Origin: Gemmatales bacterium
Lineage (GTDB): Bacteria > Planctomycetota > Planctomycetia > Gemmatales > HRBIN36
DNA length: 64,000 nucleotides
Assembly: GCA_041640595.1 (NCBI GenBank)
Contig: JBEPZY010000005.1
Coordinates: forward strand, 273,160 to 337,159
Direction: 5' to 3'
The notes under the pieces are model-generated. The model did not search any database. It saw only the letters and a program-made list of their open reading frames with translations, and was not told the origin of the DNA. Each line of letters begins with the position of its first letter. Within the stretch, counting starts at the first letter, position 1. Of this stretch, positions 10,984-21,510 are shown piece after piece. Both the position numbers and the translations under genes were made by a program.

Positions 10984-11388
10984 TTAGCGGTTGCAACCTT
11001 CGGGGAAAATCGGCACAGGTTGTCGTCCGGAGGGTGTCTCGGCTATGGCGACATAGACCACGTCGGCTTCGGTGACCTTAATCATGCGTCCGTCGCGTTC
11101 CACTTCGACATCCACATGCATGGTGATGGAAGTACGGCCAATCTTGAGCAGTTGTGTCCAGTAGTTGACGACGTCACCCACCAGGACGGGATGGTGGAAC
11201 TCAACGCGGTTCATGGCCACGGTGACCAGTACCGGAACATGGTGAGTCCGACGACTGATCTCCCATTGTGCTCCGATCGCCCCTGCCTGATCCATCTGGC
11301 TCAACAACACGCCGCCAAAGATCGTCCCGTGCGGGTTAGTATCTCGCGGCATCATCACCGTCTTGAGAGCCAGATAGCGATCGGCCAT
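10984..11388 (-). CDS. Acyl-CoA thioesterase (hotdog fold, YciA-like)
   Basis: MPRDTNPHGTIFGGVLLSQMD, VGDVV, GRTSI. Confidence 0.9.
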   Translation of the reverse strand: MADRYLALKTVMMPRDTNPHGTIFGGVLLSQMDQAGAIGAQWEISRRTHHVPVLVTVAMNRVEFHHPVLVGDVVNYWTQLLKIGRTSITMHVDVEVERDGRMIKVTEADVVYVAIAETPSGRQPVPIFPEGCNR

Positions 11389-11440
11389 GCTCAATTGCCA
11401 CTAATATGGCGAAATCGCCACCGTTGCGGCCCGGTTGACG

Positions 11441-12799
11441 TTAGACGAATTTGGTTCTGCCGGGCTGGGCGACCGGGGCTACCGGTAGCGGTACGTCCCA
11501 ATCGTAGCGGGGCGGCGAAAGGTCTTCCTTCGAGTTGAAAGCCATGTCCCAGGTGATCACTTGCCCGGTATAGGCGGCCATGCGGCCCATGATGGCCAGC
11601 AGTGTGCTTTTGGCCACGTACTCGCCGTTGTTGATCGGTTCGCCTTTGCGGATGCTGGCAAAGAGTTCGTCATGCTCGGTCTGAACGGCAACGTTCGCCT
11701 TGCCGCCGTAACGCCAGGCTTCATTACCGAAGTGTAGGCTGACCCGTTCCGCACGCAATTCACCGCGTCCGCGGGTACCGGTGACATAGACGGCCACATC
11801 GTTGGCGCACCCGGCCATCTGCCGACACTGGGCAAACAACCGCGAACCGTCGGCGTATTCGTAAATGATGGCGAAATGGTCGTAGATGTTGCCGTATTCC
11901 GGCCCGGTGCGAACGATACGTCCGCCGCTGCCAATGGCCCGAACCGGATATTCGCCTTTGACCCAGCTGGCCAAATCGAGCATATGCACGTGCTGCTCGA
12001 CGTTGAAATCGCCCGACAGCCAGACGAAGTAGTACCAGTTTCGCATCTGCCAGTACATATCCGACCAGCCAGGCTGGCGCGGATGCACCCAGATCGGGCC
12101 GCGAAAATCGTTCGCCTGCAACGCCACCACATCGCCGATCTGGCCGTCTCGGATACGGCGGACGGCTTCCTGGTGTGGATAGGAATAGCGTAGCTGCAAT
12201 CCAGCCACCAGGGAAAGACGTTTTTGCCGCGCCAGTTCAGCGGTTTGCAAGAACGAGCGAACGCCAGGCGCGTCCACAGCGATCGGTTTCTCGGCGAAAA
12301 CATGCCGACCAGCTTCGATTGCGGCCCGCGCATGCATCGGACGGAAATGTGGCGGCGTGCACAGCAGCACCACATCGCAGCAGGCAATGACTTTCTGATA
12401 CGCATCCCAGCCGACGAATTGCAGCTCTTTGGGCACCTTGATTTTGCCTGCGATTTCCTCATCTTTCTGCAGTCTGGCCAGGCTCTGCTGCAGGCGATCC
12501 TCGAAAACATCGCCCATGGCGAAGAGCTGGACGTTCTTATCAGCACGCAGGGCTTGCGAAGCAGCACCGGTACCACGACCACCGCAACCGATCAGGCCGA
12601 CCTTCAACAAGTCGCTGCCCGCGGCATGAGCGAAGCGCTCGACGGTCAAAGCGGTGGCGAGGGCAGCACCAGTTTGCAGAAACTGCCGTCGCGTTGACCC
12701 CGACCATGAGCCGCACTTGTCGCATTCAGTGGCGCCGTTGGCCACACGCGACAATGGACGGTGACTTACCTCGTGGCTGGAACGTTTAGTGGCTGGCAT
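11441..12799 (-). CDS. Tat-exported Gfo/Idh/MocA family oxidoreductase
   Basis: TRRQFL, VGLIGCGGRGTGA, FAEKP, EQHVHMLD. Confidence 0.9.
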   Translation of the reverse strand: MPATKRSSHEVSHRPLSRVANGATECDKCGSWSGSTRRQFLQTGAALATALTVERFAHAAGSDLLKVGLIGCGGRGTGAASQALRADKNVQLFAMGDVFEDRLQQSLARLQKDEEIAGKIKVPKELQFVGWDAYQKVIACCDVVLLCTPPHFRPMHARAAIEAGRHVFAEKPIAVDAPGVRSFLQTAELARQKRLSLVAGLQLRYSYPHQEAVRRIRDGQIGDVVALQANDFRGPIWVHPRQPGWSDMYWQMRNWYYFVWLSGDFNVEQHVHMLDLASWVKGEYPVRAIGSGGRIVRTGPEYGNIYDHFAIIYEYADGSRLFAQCRQMAGCANDVAVYVTGTRGRGELRAERVSLHFGNEAWRYGGKANVAVQTEHDELFASIRKGEPINNGEYVAKSTLLAIMGRMAAYTGQVITWDMAFNSKEDLSPPRYDWDVPLPVAPVAQPGRTKFV

Positions 12800-13044
12800 A
12801 GCGAGGTTCCTCCCGATTGGCCGGATTATGCGCTATTGCTGTCATGCTATGGACTGGCCATCCGTGGAACAAGCGGTGGAACGGAGCGTATCGGTTTTGC
12901 CGATTACGGGCTGGTTATGACAATCAGTCCAGGCGGTAGCGAACGGGCCGAATGGAAGTTACAATAAAACCGGACAGAGAGAAAGAATGAGGCTTGGGGG
13001 CGCTCGGAGATCGGGATCGGCTCCGCTTTTGAAGAGGGCAACTC

Positions 13045-14754
13045 ATGGCGCAGATCGTGGAACTGGCAGATGAGCAGTTACAGGTTCGTCAGGCGTTGCC
13101 TGCGGAAGTCAACAATGTGCTGACCGCGTTGTGGTCCGGAGTTGCGTCGCTTGGATTAGCTCTGGCGGCTTTGCTCCCGATGATCGTTTACGACTGGTCA
13201 ACCAGCGGCCTTCTGGAATGGCTGAACGGTTGGGGCGATATGCTGGGCTGGCTGGGCGCGGGAGTGATCGTTTTACTGGTGGCCGTTTTAGCCGGTCTGG
13301 CCAGTTTGTCGTCAGTGAAAGCGCAACCACGGGGACTGAAGCTCACCAAGATCGTAGCAGTTCTGGTGCTGGTCGTGGGTTTGCTTTTGAATCTTGCGGT
13401 GCTGGTGATGATCATTCAGGGCCAATTCAAGCTGGGGCCCACGCCGATTCTGGCTGGGAGCTTGTTGACGGTGCTCGGACTATTTCCCGTGTTTCTGGGC
13501 GGGTTAACCTGGTCGCTGACCACAGTCGAGGCCGTTCAGCAATTCTTCTATCCGCCGGAAGAAGCCCCAGCCGAAGTGCCGGTCGAAGTGGCAGAGGAGG
13601 AGGAAGTCGCTCCTGTCAGCGAGGAAGACCTGGAACGATCCCTGGGTGAGTTACCGACCGGAACCAGTGCTGCCCCGCCGGTGAGCGTACCTGGTGAGGT
13701 GATTCGCGCCGAACTGGACGAAAGTTTGCTGGTGCGGGCCGAACTGGATACCGAAGCGGGCGAAATTATCCGCGCTGAGCTCGATGAACAGCGTATCCTG
13801 CGTGCGGAACTGGACGAGGAACGGTTGGTGCGGGCCGAACCAGCCACCACAACCCTGACCGGAATAACCGGCCCAACCAGCGATATTCTCGAAGCGCCCG
13901 CGACCCCGTCGGCTGTGATACCAGCGGAAATTGACATCGAGCGTATCGGCGATACCTCCAGTCGGGTGCTGGAACGCGGAGAAGTCTCGGAATCGCCCAG
14001 CGCTGTGCTGCTGACGTCGCTGCAATCCTCACCGTCACCCAGCGGGATCATCTCGGAACTGGTGGGCACCCCGACGCCCTCGCCGATACCCGGTTCCGAA
14101 CCGGCTCCTGTCGGCGAAGCTGCCAAGCCTCCGGAAGACGTGGCCCCCGCTGTTGCCGAAACTGGTGCGGTGTCGCAAGAACCGGTCTCGGAGGCGGTTG
14201 AGCAATCGGCCGAGCCATTGCCTGAAGAAGCCGCACCGTCCCCGGAAGTAACTGCACCCACGCCGGCTGAGGCTGAAGAAATTTTCTCAGCGCCACAGCA
14301 GGAGGTTCCCGGCTCGGAAACTTCTGCGGTGGACCTGGAAAAGCTGGCCGAATTCGATTTCCTTCCAGCACCACAAGAGTCGCAGGAACCGGAAACGCCC
14401 GTACATTTACCGACCAGTGAGCCGGAGGTGCTGGCCGAGCAGCCTTTGTCTGCGGAGCAACCTGGTGAACCCGGCGGTGAGATGCCGTCGGAATCGCCTG
14501 GCGAAACGCTGGAAAGCATTTCGGGCAGCGAAGTGCCCGATTCGGGCCAGGCTGCGGGCGAATTTACGGTTTCGGAATCTCCGGCACCTTCCGAGGAATC
14601 GGCGAGCTTGCAGGATGTGCCACTGTTTCCGGAATTGGCCGATGACTTACCGCCATTGATGGCCGAGCAACAGCAAGAAACTTCGACCAGCGAACCGTCC
14701 GGCAACCCACCTTCCGACGAACTGTTTCGCGGCATCGAAGAAAGCGATCGATGA
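13045..14754 (+). CDS. Hypothetical membrane protein: about 4 N-terminal TM helices and a long acidic Pro/Glu/Ser-rich tail
   Basis: 569-aa ORF with GAGG RBS; hydrophobic N-terminal 160 aa; low-complexity C-terminus. Confidence 0.75.
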   Translation: MAQIVELADEQLQVRQALPAEVNNVLTALWSGVASLGLALAALLPMIVYDWSTSGLLEWLNGWGDMLGWLGAGVIVLLVAVLAGLASLSSVKAQPRGLKLTKIVAVLVLVVGLLLNLAVLVMIIQGQFKLGPTPILAGSLLTVLGLFPVFLGGLTWSLTTVEAVQQFFYPPEEAPAEVPVEVAEEEEVAPVSEEDLERSLGELPTGTSAAPPVSVPGEVIRAELDESLLVRAELDTEAGEIIRAELDEQRILRAELDEERLVRAEPATTTLTGITGPTSDILEAPATPSAVIPAEIDIERIGDTSSRVLERGEVSESPSAVLLTSLQSSPSPSGIISELVGTPTPSPIPGSEPAPVGEAAKPPEDVAPAVAETGAVSQEPVSEAVEQSAEPLPEEAAPSPEVTAPTPAEAEEIFSAPQQEVPGSETSAVDLEKLAEFDFLPAPQESQEPETPVHLPTSEPEVLAEQPLSAEQPGEPGGEMPSESPGETLESISGSEVPDSGQAAGEFTVSESPAPSEESASLQDVPLFPELADDLPPLMAEQQQETSTSEPSGNPPSDELFRGIEESDR

Positions 14755-15057
14755 ACCGCCCAGACGGAGGTGGTATCCGCAGGGATAAGGATTTGCCCAA
14801 ACATTGGTTTCGACTGGCATCTGTCGAGTCGCCGTTACCCTCTTGTGGCATTGACTCCGGGGACGCTTAATTGCATACCAAGACCGGCAGCGCTGGACCT
14901 TCCCCGGAATCAGCTATGTGCGGGCAGACCGTCGCCTGTGCTGAAACAATAGCCTGTCAAAACGGGTATTGGCTCTCTCGGATGGTGGTCCGTCTTTTTC
15001 GGTGGCGCAGGCGGTTTGGAAATCACCGACAGCGCGAGCCTAGTTGGTTTCTGGATG

Positions 15058-16887
15058 CTAATTCCCCGCCAAGCTGGAGAATTGAACCCAAAGGCTGAGC
15101 AGTATCAATCCCCCATTCCAGTTCAACGCGAAGAAACTGTTCAGTGGCAGCGAGTCGTAACTTTCGATGCGGAAAGCATCCGGCTCAGCCAGATAGAGTG
15201 TAACATTCGGGAACAGCGGTTCGGCGATCAACTGAGCCGGGGGAATGACGGTGACGTCGAAATCGCCACCACTGAAGGCACTGATGAGTCCGCCGACCAT
15301 CGGCATCACCGACATCAGGAACTCCACCGTGCCGCGCGGGTCGGATTCTGAAAAGCCCACGAGTCGCGCTTTCCCCGATGGCAACGACGCCAGGATTTTC
15401 TCTGCTTCCGGTGACGGTTTCCAACGGCTTAGCTGGGCCAACTCGCGTCGGGCAATGACTCCCTGAATCGGTTGCGGATACAACGCCACGAACAGCCAAT
15501 CATCCACGATAGCCAGTGTCGGTATCAATGGCAGACCGAAGCCCGTAGGCGGTTGCACCTTCAGGCAAATCAGCTCCACGCCGCGATACTTGCTGCGATG
15601 GACCTGCAGCGTGAAGCCGTTGTTCTGGAATGATTTTATCTTGGCCAAAGCTTTCCGTGCACCCGCTACATTCTGTAGGTGCACACCTAAAAGAATCCCC
15701 GTGGAAAGCAGTCCGTCGGCGGAAGCGTCGGTGTACACCCAGAGGCTGTCCAGGTGCGGGAGGAGTTCCCGGAGCCATTCCAGTTCGGGCATCTGACCGG
15801 CTTTGTCGAAAAAGTCTCGGACGCTTTTGCCGGACTCTTGCTCATCTATTACATCGGCAACCGTCTGGACGATCGGCCGCAGCTGGCTTATGCCCTGCGC
15901 CAGATCAAATCGCTGTACCGTAACATCGCCTCGGGGCGATAGTGGCGGCAATGCCTTCTGGCCGCGCAGATACGGTTCGATTCCTTGTTCAACAGTGGGG
16001 AATAGCGCCGCCAGGCCTTTACGCGAACCTGGTTTGAGGTGAACGGTCAGTGTGCTCCGTAATGCCCGATCCTGGGCGCCGACGTGAAACGAGATCGCGG
16101 GGATGTCTTCCAATCCGGTGACCTCGATGACCTTGCGCCAGCCAGGCCCCAACTGGCGCAATGCCTCTAGCAATGGCTGACCGTCCACATAGCCACGCAA
16201 GCACGAGGCGTAGCCGGGCGGGAGACTGACCCGTTTAAACCATTCGCTTTGCAGCAGGCTTGGTTTTTTGCCTTCCGCGACGTCGAGAGTAAGCTCCGGC
16301 GACTCGGTGCCGATCAGCAGGAGGAGATGATTGGCTTCCGACCACCAGGAGATTTTCCAGGAGCTATCCGCGATTTGCACCTGCTGGATTTTCCGCTCGC
16401 GGAGTTGCACAGCGGTGATTTTCCAGTTGTTCGATTCAGCCACCATGCGAATCAACGCAGCCAGATGCGGTTCCTGCTTTGCCTGTTCTGGCAGGACCAG
16501 GGTGAGCTGCACTCGGCCGTCTTGCGGTTCCACCAGCTGCAAACCGAACACCAGGCCGTGAGCGTTCAGATGTTCCAAAACCGGCGGCAGATGTTTCTGC
16601 AACTGTTGCAATATCTCAGACGTCTCTGGCAAAGATTGCAGGCTCTGCAGGATTTGATCGCCTATTTTCTGCATCGCCGGCTGTAAACCGTTACGCAGGA
16701 CCTCGGCAAAAGCAGTTTTCTCCCACGTTTCGCGGTGCTTTTCCCAACCGTCGTAACGAACGTACACAGCACAACGGGCATCCAGAAAGGCCTCCGGTGC
16801 CGCGGTGCCCGCAGGCAGCGGTGCTGCTCGAATCACCGCCCAAACCAGCAACCAGGCGCCAATCACCCCCGCAATACGTCGGAACAT
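15058..16887 (-). CDS. Secreted hypothetical protein (DUF3352-like planctomycete type)
   Basis: Long ORF, AGGAGG RBS, signal peptide MFRRIAGVIGAWLLVWAVIRA. Confidence 0.7.
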   Translation of the reverse strand: MFRRIAGVIGAWLLVWAVIRAAPLPAGTAAPEAFLDARCAVYVRYDGWEKHRETWEKTAFAEVLRNGLQPAMQKIGDQILQSLQSLPETSEILQQLQKHLPPVLEHLNAHGLVFGLQLVEPQDGRVQLTLVLPEQAKQEPHLAALIRMVAESNNWKITAVQLRERKIQQVQIADSSWKISWWSEANHLLLLIGTESPELTLDVAEGKKPSLLQSEWFKRVSLPPGYASCLRGYVDGQPLLEALRQLGPGWRKVIEVTGLEDIPAISFHVGAQDRALRSTLTVHLKPGSRKGLAALFPTVEQGIEPYLRGQKALPPLSPRGDVTVQRFDLAQGISQLRPIVQTVADVIDEQESGKSVRDFFDKAGQMPELEWLRELLPHLDSLWVYTDASADGLLSTGILLGVHLQNVAGARKALAKIKSFQNNGFTLQVHRSKYRGVELICLKVQPPTGFGLPLIPTLAIVDDWLFVALYPQPIQGVIARRELAQLSRWKPSPEAEKILASLPSGKARLVGFSESDPRGTVEFLMSVMPMVGGLISAFSGGDFDVTVIPPAQLIAEPLFPNVTLYLAEPDAFRIESYDSLPLNSFFALNWNGGLILLSLWVQFSSLAGN

Positions 16888-17424
16888 GGTTTGGCCTCCT
16901 TTTTCCATCCATCGAAAAAAGAATTGTCCCCCCGCAGGCTACGGAAATGGTTGCAAATGGCAAGTGTGTCGGGTAAATTTGTCTCGACCGGAGCACGGAT
17001 CGCTTGCTTAACGGTTCAGCTCGTAGGTGTTCCACTACATCAACAGCCTCTAGCCAGATGCCGGGCACAGATCGCATAAGGTTCGGCTCGTGGCCGTTCG
17101 AATCCTGCCACACACGGAGCATGGACGAGATTCCACGGCACGGATGCAACTGCGGTATGGGTATGGTGATCGTTGCGTTGGTGTACGAAGAGTGCCGAAA
17201 TTCAGGGCCGAACTTGCATGGTGCGAATTGCTATAGCTGGGAGCATTTTTACCCTGTGCAAACCGTGGGAAGCGTTAGTTCGGCCGTCCGAAGCATTGGC
17301 GGATTCTGCAACGCTGGTCCGTATGGACCCACTGCACGCTGGCTCCGATACGCCGCGCTTTCTTGGGCGCTTTTCTTGTCGGCAATGGCTTACTGCAAGG
17401 TGGCTGGGATACGGCCACCCGGTT

Positions 17425-18606
17425 TCAATCGTCGAGGTTACTGCCGCGGGTGAGTCGCTTGATCAAAATCGTGGCATACGAACCGCGAGGCAGAACGAAC
17501 TCGAGATAGAGTTTCCTTCGGCCAGCGTTCAACTCATCATCGTCGAGGCGATGAAGCAGGTCCTGCGGTTGATAAATGGCCGGTCGCTCACCCCGTGAGA
17601 AGAAGGGCTTACGGAAGTGGCGGAGCTTGAGCTGGCGGAGCACGATTTTTTCCGCGGCGAGCACATCGGTGATGATCGGCTTCAGGGGATGGTCCTCGGC
17701 CAGTTTAAGTCGCGCACTCAGATACGGAATAGACAGGGTTCGCAAGGCCTCCTGCTGCTGCTCATTTAAACCGCGATAAAACCAGACCGGCCCGATTCGC
17801 AGCGAGACTTCGATCAGTTGCTCCGGTCGGCAATGCAGTTCCAGCCAGCGTGATAAGCAGCGATTCCACAAGTAGCTCTGGTAAGCAGCCAGATACAGGG
17901 TCTTCAGTTCCCGATGCAAACAGGCAAAGGCACCTCGAAAATCCTGCGGATGGTCGCACAAATAGGTAATGACGCTGCGAACATTGCCCCGCGGCATCTG
18001 CTCTTTGAGCATCTGCCAGTTGCCCCATTCTTTTCGCAACAATGCCTTCAGACGTTTTATCTCGCTGCGGTCATGTTCATAAGGTGCGGCCAGTGCTAAC
18101 TTCAGGGCTTCCTCGTAATCTTCGGCAATCAGGTACCGTGCGATGAAGCGCCGCTCTGGGGTTACCGAACCAAAACGCTGGTCATCGAAATAATTGGGGA
18201 CGCCTTCCTGCCGCACTTCGTCGAGAGCATCCAACGCCTGCCGGGCTTCACTACTGGACAGGTCGCGGATCACAATGCGGAAACGGTTCCCGACGACCGC
18301 TTTCGGCCCATACGGCGCAGCCACCTGCCCCAGGTAATGCAAATGGAGATGCGTCTGCCGCAAGCCGCGTTTGGGGCCGTGCAGGATGGTCAGATACTGG
18401 ACCGTCTGGGCGTGGCGATCTTTAAGCCCGCCGTAACCAATGCGCCGTCGAGCAATTTGCCATTTTCGACAAATGGCATCAATGGCTTCCGGCGTGCCGA
18501 GGGATTCTTTATCGAGACGATAGAAAGCGTAAGGCCCTTCCTGACCCGGCTGTACGGAAGTCAACTCTTCGACGCAAAAATCCTGCGGTTGTTGTTTGAT
18601 TTTCAT
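17425..18606 (-). CDS. truD: tRNA pseudouridine(13) synthase TruD
   Basis: MKIKQQPQDFCVEE, GGLKDRHA (catalytic Asp), GNRF, PNYFDDQRFG, FVLPRGSYAT. Confidence 0.93.
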   Translation of the reverse strand: MKIKQQPQDFCVEELTSVQPGQEGPYAFYRLDKESLGTPEAIDAICRKWQIARRRIGYGGLKDRHAQTVQYLTILHGPKRGLRQTHLHLHYLGQVAAPYGPKAVVGNRFRIVIRDLSSSEARQALDALDEVRQEGVPNYFDDQRFGSVTPERRFIARYLIAEDYEEALKLALAAPYEHDRSEIKRLKALLRKEWGNWQMLKEQMPRGNVRSVITYLCDHPQDFRGAFACLHRELKTLYLAAYQSYLWNRCLSRWLELHCRPEQLIEVSLRIGPVWFYRGLNEQQQEALRTLSIPYLSARLKLAEDHPLKPIITDVLAAEKIVLRQLKLRHFRKPFFSRGERPAIYQPQDLLHRLDDDELNAGRRKLYLEFVLPRGSYATILIKRLTRGSNLDD

Positions 18607-18648
18607 ACCGAATGCTACCCAGACTACAGCCGCTGCGATGTGCTTGAA

Positions 18649-18804
18649 GACCTGGTCTATCTTGTCCCCTGGACAGACCGTAGAACCGGACCGCACTCGG
18701 AGATTCCCGCTCCGAGCAACCGGCTTTTTAACGGAAAAGGCCGGGTTCGGCGGATCTGAGACCGGTCGCCCAGGCAGCCCCAGAGGTATCCACCTCCCCC
18801 GGCC
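18649..18804 (-). ncRNA. Candidate structured non-coding RNA or 5' leader upstream of truD
   Basis: Nested stems (CCUGGGCGACCG/CGGUCUGUCCAGG; CCGC/GCGG; hairpins CCGGCCUUUU/AAAAAGCCGG, CUCGGAG/CUCCGAG, GAGGU/ACCUC) starting just downstream of a sigma70-like promoter. Family not recognised. Confidence 0.5.
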
Positions 18805-18810
18805 ACAATA

Positions 18811-18839
18811 ATAATACCAATTATTTTGTAAAACGGCAA
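18811..18839 (-). promoter_or_regulatory. Sigma70-like promoter TTGCCG-N17-TATTAT with extended -10 TG
   Basis: Minus strand reads TTGCCG ttttacaaaataattgg TATTAT, in an AT-rich patch. Confidence 0.6.
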
Positions 18840-19560
18840 GGGCGACGTACAAGAAAAATACGAAATCCTCTCCTGGGTTTTGCCGATTGCCTGGCGGATA
18901 CAATGTAGTGAGAAAATACAATCGGGTTGCACCCCCACATCTCCACTGTGGGTCCATAGACATCAGCACCGCGGGCCGTGATTGCGATTGCTGCGCCTCC
19001 GCTTGTTCAGCGGTAGCGCTTACGCTCATGCTCGCGTTTCTGAGGAAAACACGACCCAGCGCGAGCGACAATCTCCTAGAAGTGGCTAACAGTTACCGCC
19101 AAGTTTCTTTGCAGACATGACCCAAGCAGCACTGTCTTCGGATGCAATCTGCACCGCTTCTGCTCGGAACGGCCGCAAATGCTGGTGAACGCACATTTCG
19201 GCGAACGGCGTTTGGTTGGGCGAGGGGGCCATTTTAGCTGCAAACCAGGCCATGTTACCGGCCATCGGTCTTGCAGTTGATGCGCGAGAGGTGTTTTTCC
19301 AGGTGCGAAAAACTCAAATAACGTTCGCCGTCGGTCTTATAGGTCGCGCGCAACATCCAGTTTGTCCGTGTTCTGGAACGGCCGCTACAGTTGACATGAT
19401 GCGTCCGCGCCATATTTTTTCTGACGACGCATTCCTGCGATAAGCGTATGACAGACTGCGTGCGCTAGCTTTGCGTGGCGGCAACTCTAGCCCGCTTGTA
19501 CCGCATGTGCGTACACTTTTGGAGTCATGCTCATGCAAACGGGAGTGAGGCTTTGGTGTC

Positions 19561-20616
19561 ATGATCATCGTGCTTAAACCGGAGGCCACCCAGGCCGACC
19601 TCGATTACATCCTGAAGCGAATCGAAGAATGGGGCTTGCGGTCACATATCAGCCGGGGGGAACACCGCACCATCATCGGTGTCATCGGGGACGAACAGAA
19701 ACTGCAAGGCCGACCCCTGACGGCACTGCCCGGGGTGGAACAGGTATTGCCCATTCTCAAACCGTTCAAGCTCGCCAGTCGGGAGTTCAAAAAGACCGAC
19801 ACAGTGGTGCAAGTGGGCAAGGTGCGAATAGGTGGGGGCTGGCTGGCGATGATTGCCGGGCCGTGTGCTGTGGAGAATTACGAGGTTCTCGATACCATTG
19901 CCGCTGCGGTCAAAGCAGCCGGAGCCAACATCCTGCGAGGCGGTGCCTTCAAGCCCCGCACCAGTCCCTACAGTTTCCAGGGATTAGGCGAGACCGGACT
20001 TCGCATCCTCCACGATATCGGCAAAAAATACGATATGCCCGTGGTTACCGAGGTCATGGATCCGCGTCAGGTAGAACTGGTGAATCGTTACGCCGATATG
20101 TTTCAGATTGGCGCTCGCAATATGCAGAATTTCGATCTCCTGCGGGAAGTGGGCCGCACCAACAAACCCGTCCTGCTCAAGCGGGGCATGAGCGCTACCG
20201 TCAAGGATTTGCTTCTGTCGGCAGAGTACATTTTGTCGGAAGGGAACCATCAGGTCGTATTGTGCGAACGCGGTGTACGCACCTTCGAGGATTCAACTCG
20301 CAATACGCTCGACTTGAGTGCTGTGCCCAATGTCAAGGGGCAAAGCCACCTTCCCATCATCGTGGATCCCAGCCATGCAACTGGCCGACCCGATTTGATC
20401 CCGGCTATGGCTCGCGCGGCCGTCGCTGCCGGGGCTGACGGTGTGCATATCGAGGTGCATTGTGCCCCGGAAAAAGCCCTGTCCGATGGCCAGCAAGCAC
20501 TTCTGCCTTCTCAATATGCGGAACTGATGCGGGACCTGCGTCGCCTGGCCGAGTTGTTCGGCAAATACATTGGCCCCAACGATGCCGGCGAAATCTCTTT
20601 CGACGGTGGCCAGTAA
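19561..20616 (+). CDS. aroF: 3-deoxy-7-phosphoheptulonate (DAHP) synthase, type I-beta with N-terminal regulatory domain
   Basis: [46 protein letters not shown]. Confidence 0.95.
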   Translation: MIIVLKPEATQADLDYILKRIEEWGLRSHISRGEHRTIIGVIGDEQKLQGRPLTALPGVEQVLPILKPFKLASREFKKTDTVVQVGKVRIGGGWLAMIAGPCAVENYEVLDTIAAAVKAAGANILRGGAFKPRTSPYSFQGLGETGLRILHDIGKKYDMPVVTEVMDPRQVELVNRYADMFQIGARNMQNFDLLREVGRTNKPVLLKRGMSATVKDLLLSAEYILSEGNHQVVLCERGVRTFEDSTRNTLDLSAVPNVKGQSHLPIIVDPSHATGRPDLIPAMARAAVAAGADGVHIEVHCAPEKALSDGQQALLPSQYAELMRDLRRLAELFGKYIGPNDAGEISFDGGQ

Positions 20617-20704
20617 CCAGCGATTCGGGAACGATGGCGCGTGGCCGCGGTCGGCGGCACCGGTCAATAGTGGCCAGTGATCAGGAGCCGGTGACTGGCG
20701 ACTG
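20606..20704 (+). repeat. Degenerate GTGRYCA heptamer repeats between aroF and tpiA
   Basis: GTGGCCA GTAACCA GCGATTC ... GTGGCCA GTGATCA GGAGCCG GTGACTG GCGACTG. Confidence 0.55.
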
Positions 20705-20751
20705 GCATTACGGGGAGCGAACAGGGGATCGTTAGCAGGAGCAATAGCGCG

Positions 20752-21510
20752 ATGCGAAAAAAACTGGTGGCCGGCAATTGGAAGATGAACACCACCCGGC
20801 AAACGGCGACGACGTTGGTGCGCGAACTGGTTGCCGAAATCGGCCAGGAAACACGGCTCGACGTCGTCGTCTGCCCGCCGTTCCCGTACCTTCTGCCGGT
20901 ACGCGAAGTCCTGGCGGGTAGTCGTATCGCGCTGGGGGCACAGAATGTGTTTCCGGAGGCCAAAGGGGCGTTTACCGGCGAGGTGAGTCCGGTCATGCTC
21001 ACCGACTGTGGCTGTCAATGGGTAATTGTCGGCCACAGCGAACGCCGTCGAGTGCTCGGCGAATCCAACGAATTTATCCGCCGTAAGCTCATTGCCGCTG
21101 TGCAACACGGGCTGCAGGTCATTCTCTGTATTGGCGAAACCAAGGAAGAACGACAAGCCGGGCAAACTTTCGCTGTCGTCTCAGCGCAGCTGCAGGAAAG
21201 TTTGCCGGCTCTTTCGTCGGCGCAGCTTGCAGCTGTGGTCATTGCTTACGAACCGGTTTGGGCCATCGGCACGGGGATCAATGCCACTCCCGAGCAGGCT
21301 CAGGAGGTGCATAGCTATATCCGCGACTGGCTCGCCAGGCATTGCGGTTCGGAAATCTCGCAAACACTGCGGATTTTGTATGGCGGCAGCGTTACGCCTG
21401 CGAATGCGCCTTCGCTGCTTAGCCAATCGGATATTGACGGCGTGCTGGTCGGTGGAGCGAGTCTGCAAGCGCGGGACTTCCTGGCTATCGCCCGTGCGGC
21501 AATTCCGTGA
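20752..21510 (+). CDS. tpiA: Triosephosphate isomerase
   Basis: AGNWKMN, GHSERR, AYEPVWAIGTG, YGGSV, LVGGASL. Confidence 0.97.
   Translation: MRKKLVAGNWKMNTTRQTATTLVRELVAEIGQETRLDVVVCPPFPYLLPVREVLAGSRIALGAQNVFPEAKGAFTGEVSPVMLTDCGCQWVIVGHSERRRVLGESNEFIRRKLIAAVQHGLQVILCIGETKEERQAGQTFAVVSAQLQESLPALSSAQLAAVVIAYEPVWAIGTGINATPEQAQEVHSYIRDWLARHCGSEISQTLRILYGGSVTPANAPSLLSQSDIDGVLVGGASLQARDFLAIARAAIP

Noticed and set aside
13548..14804. 418-aa Ser-rich antisense ORF
   Set aside because: Antisense shadow of the Glu/Pro-rich gene; no RBS or recognisable motifs.
17085..17112. GTTCGAATCCTGCCA resembling a tRNA T-arm
   Set aside because: The 5' side of the T-stem does not pair as in a tRNA, and no acceptor, D or anticodon arms can be built.
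18700..18804. c-di-AMP (ydaO) riboswitch, from GGGGGA...GGGG...CCGAACCCG similarity
   Set aside because: The conserved UCAGCUAAC and 5' GCUGAAUCC elements are absent.
18607..19071. 155-aa N-terminal extension of TruD in the ORF track
   Set aside because: TruD homology begins at MKIKQ; the region contains a promoter-like element and a structured RNA candidate instead.
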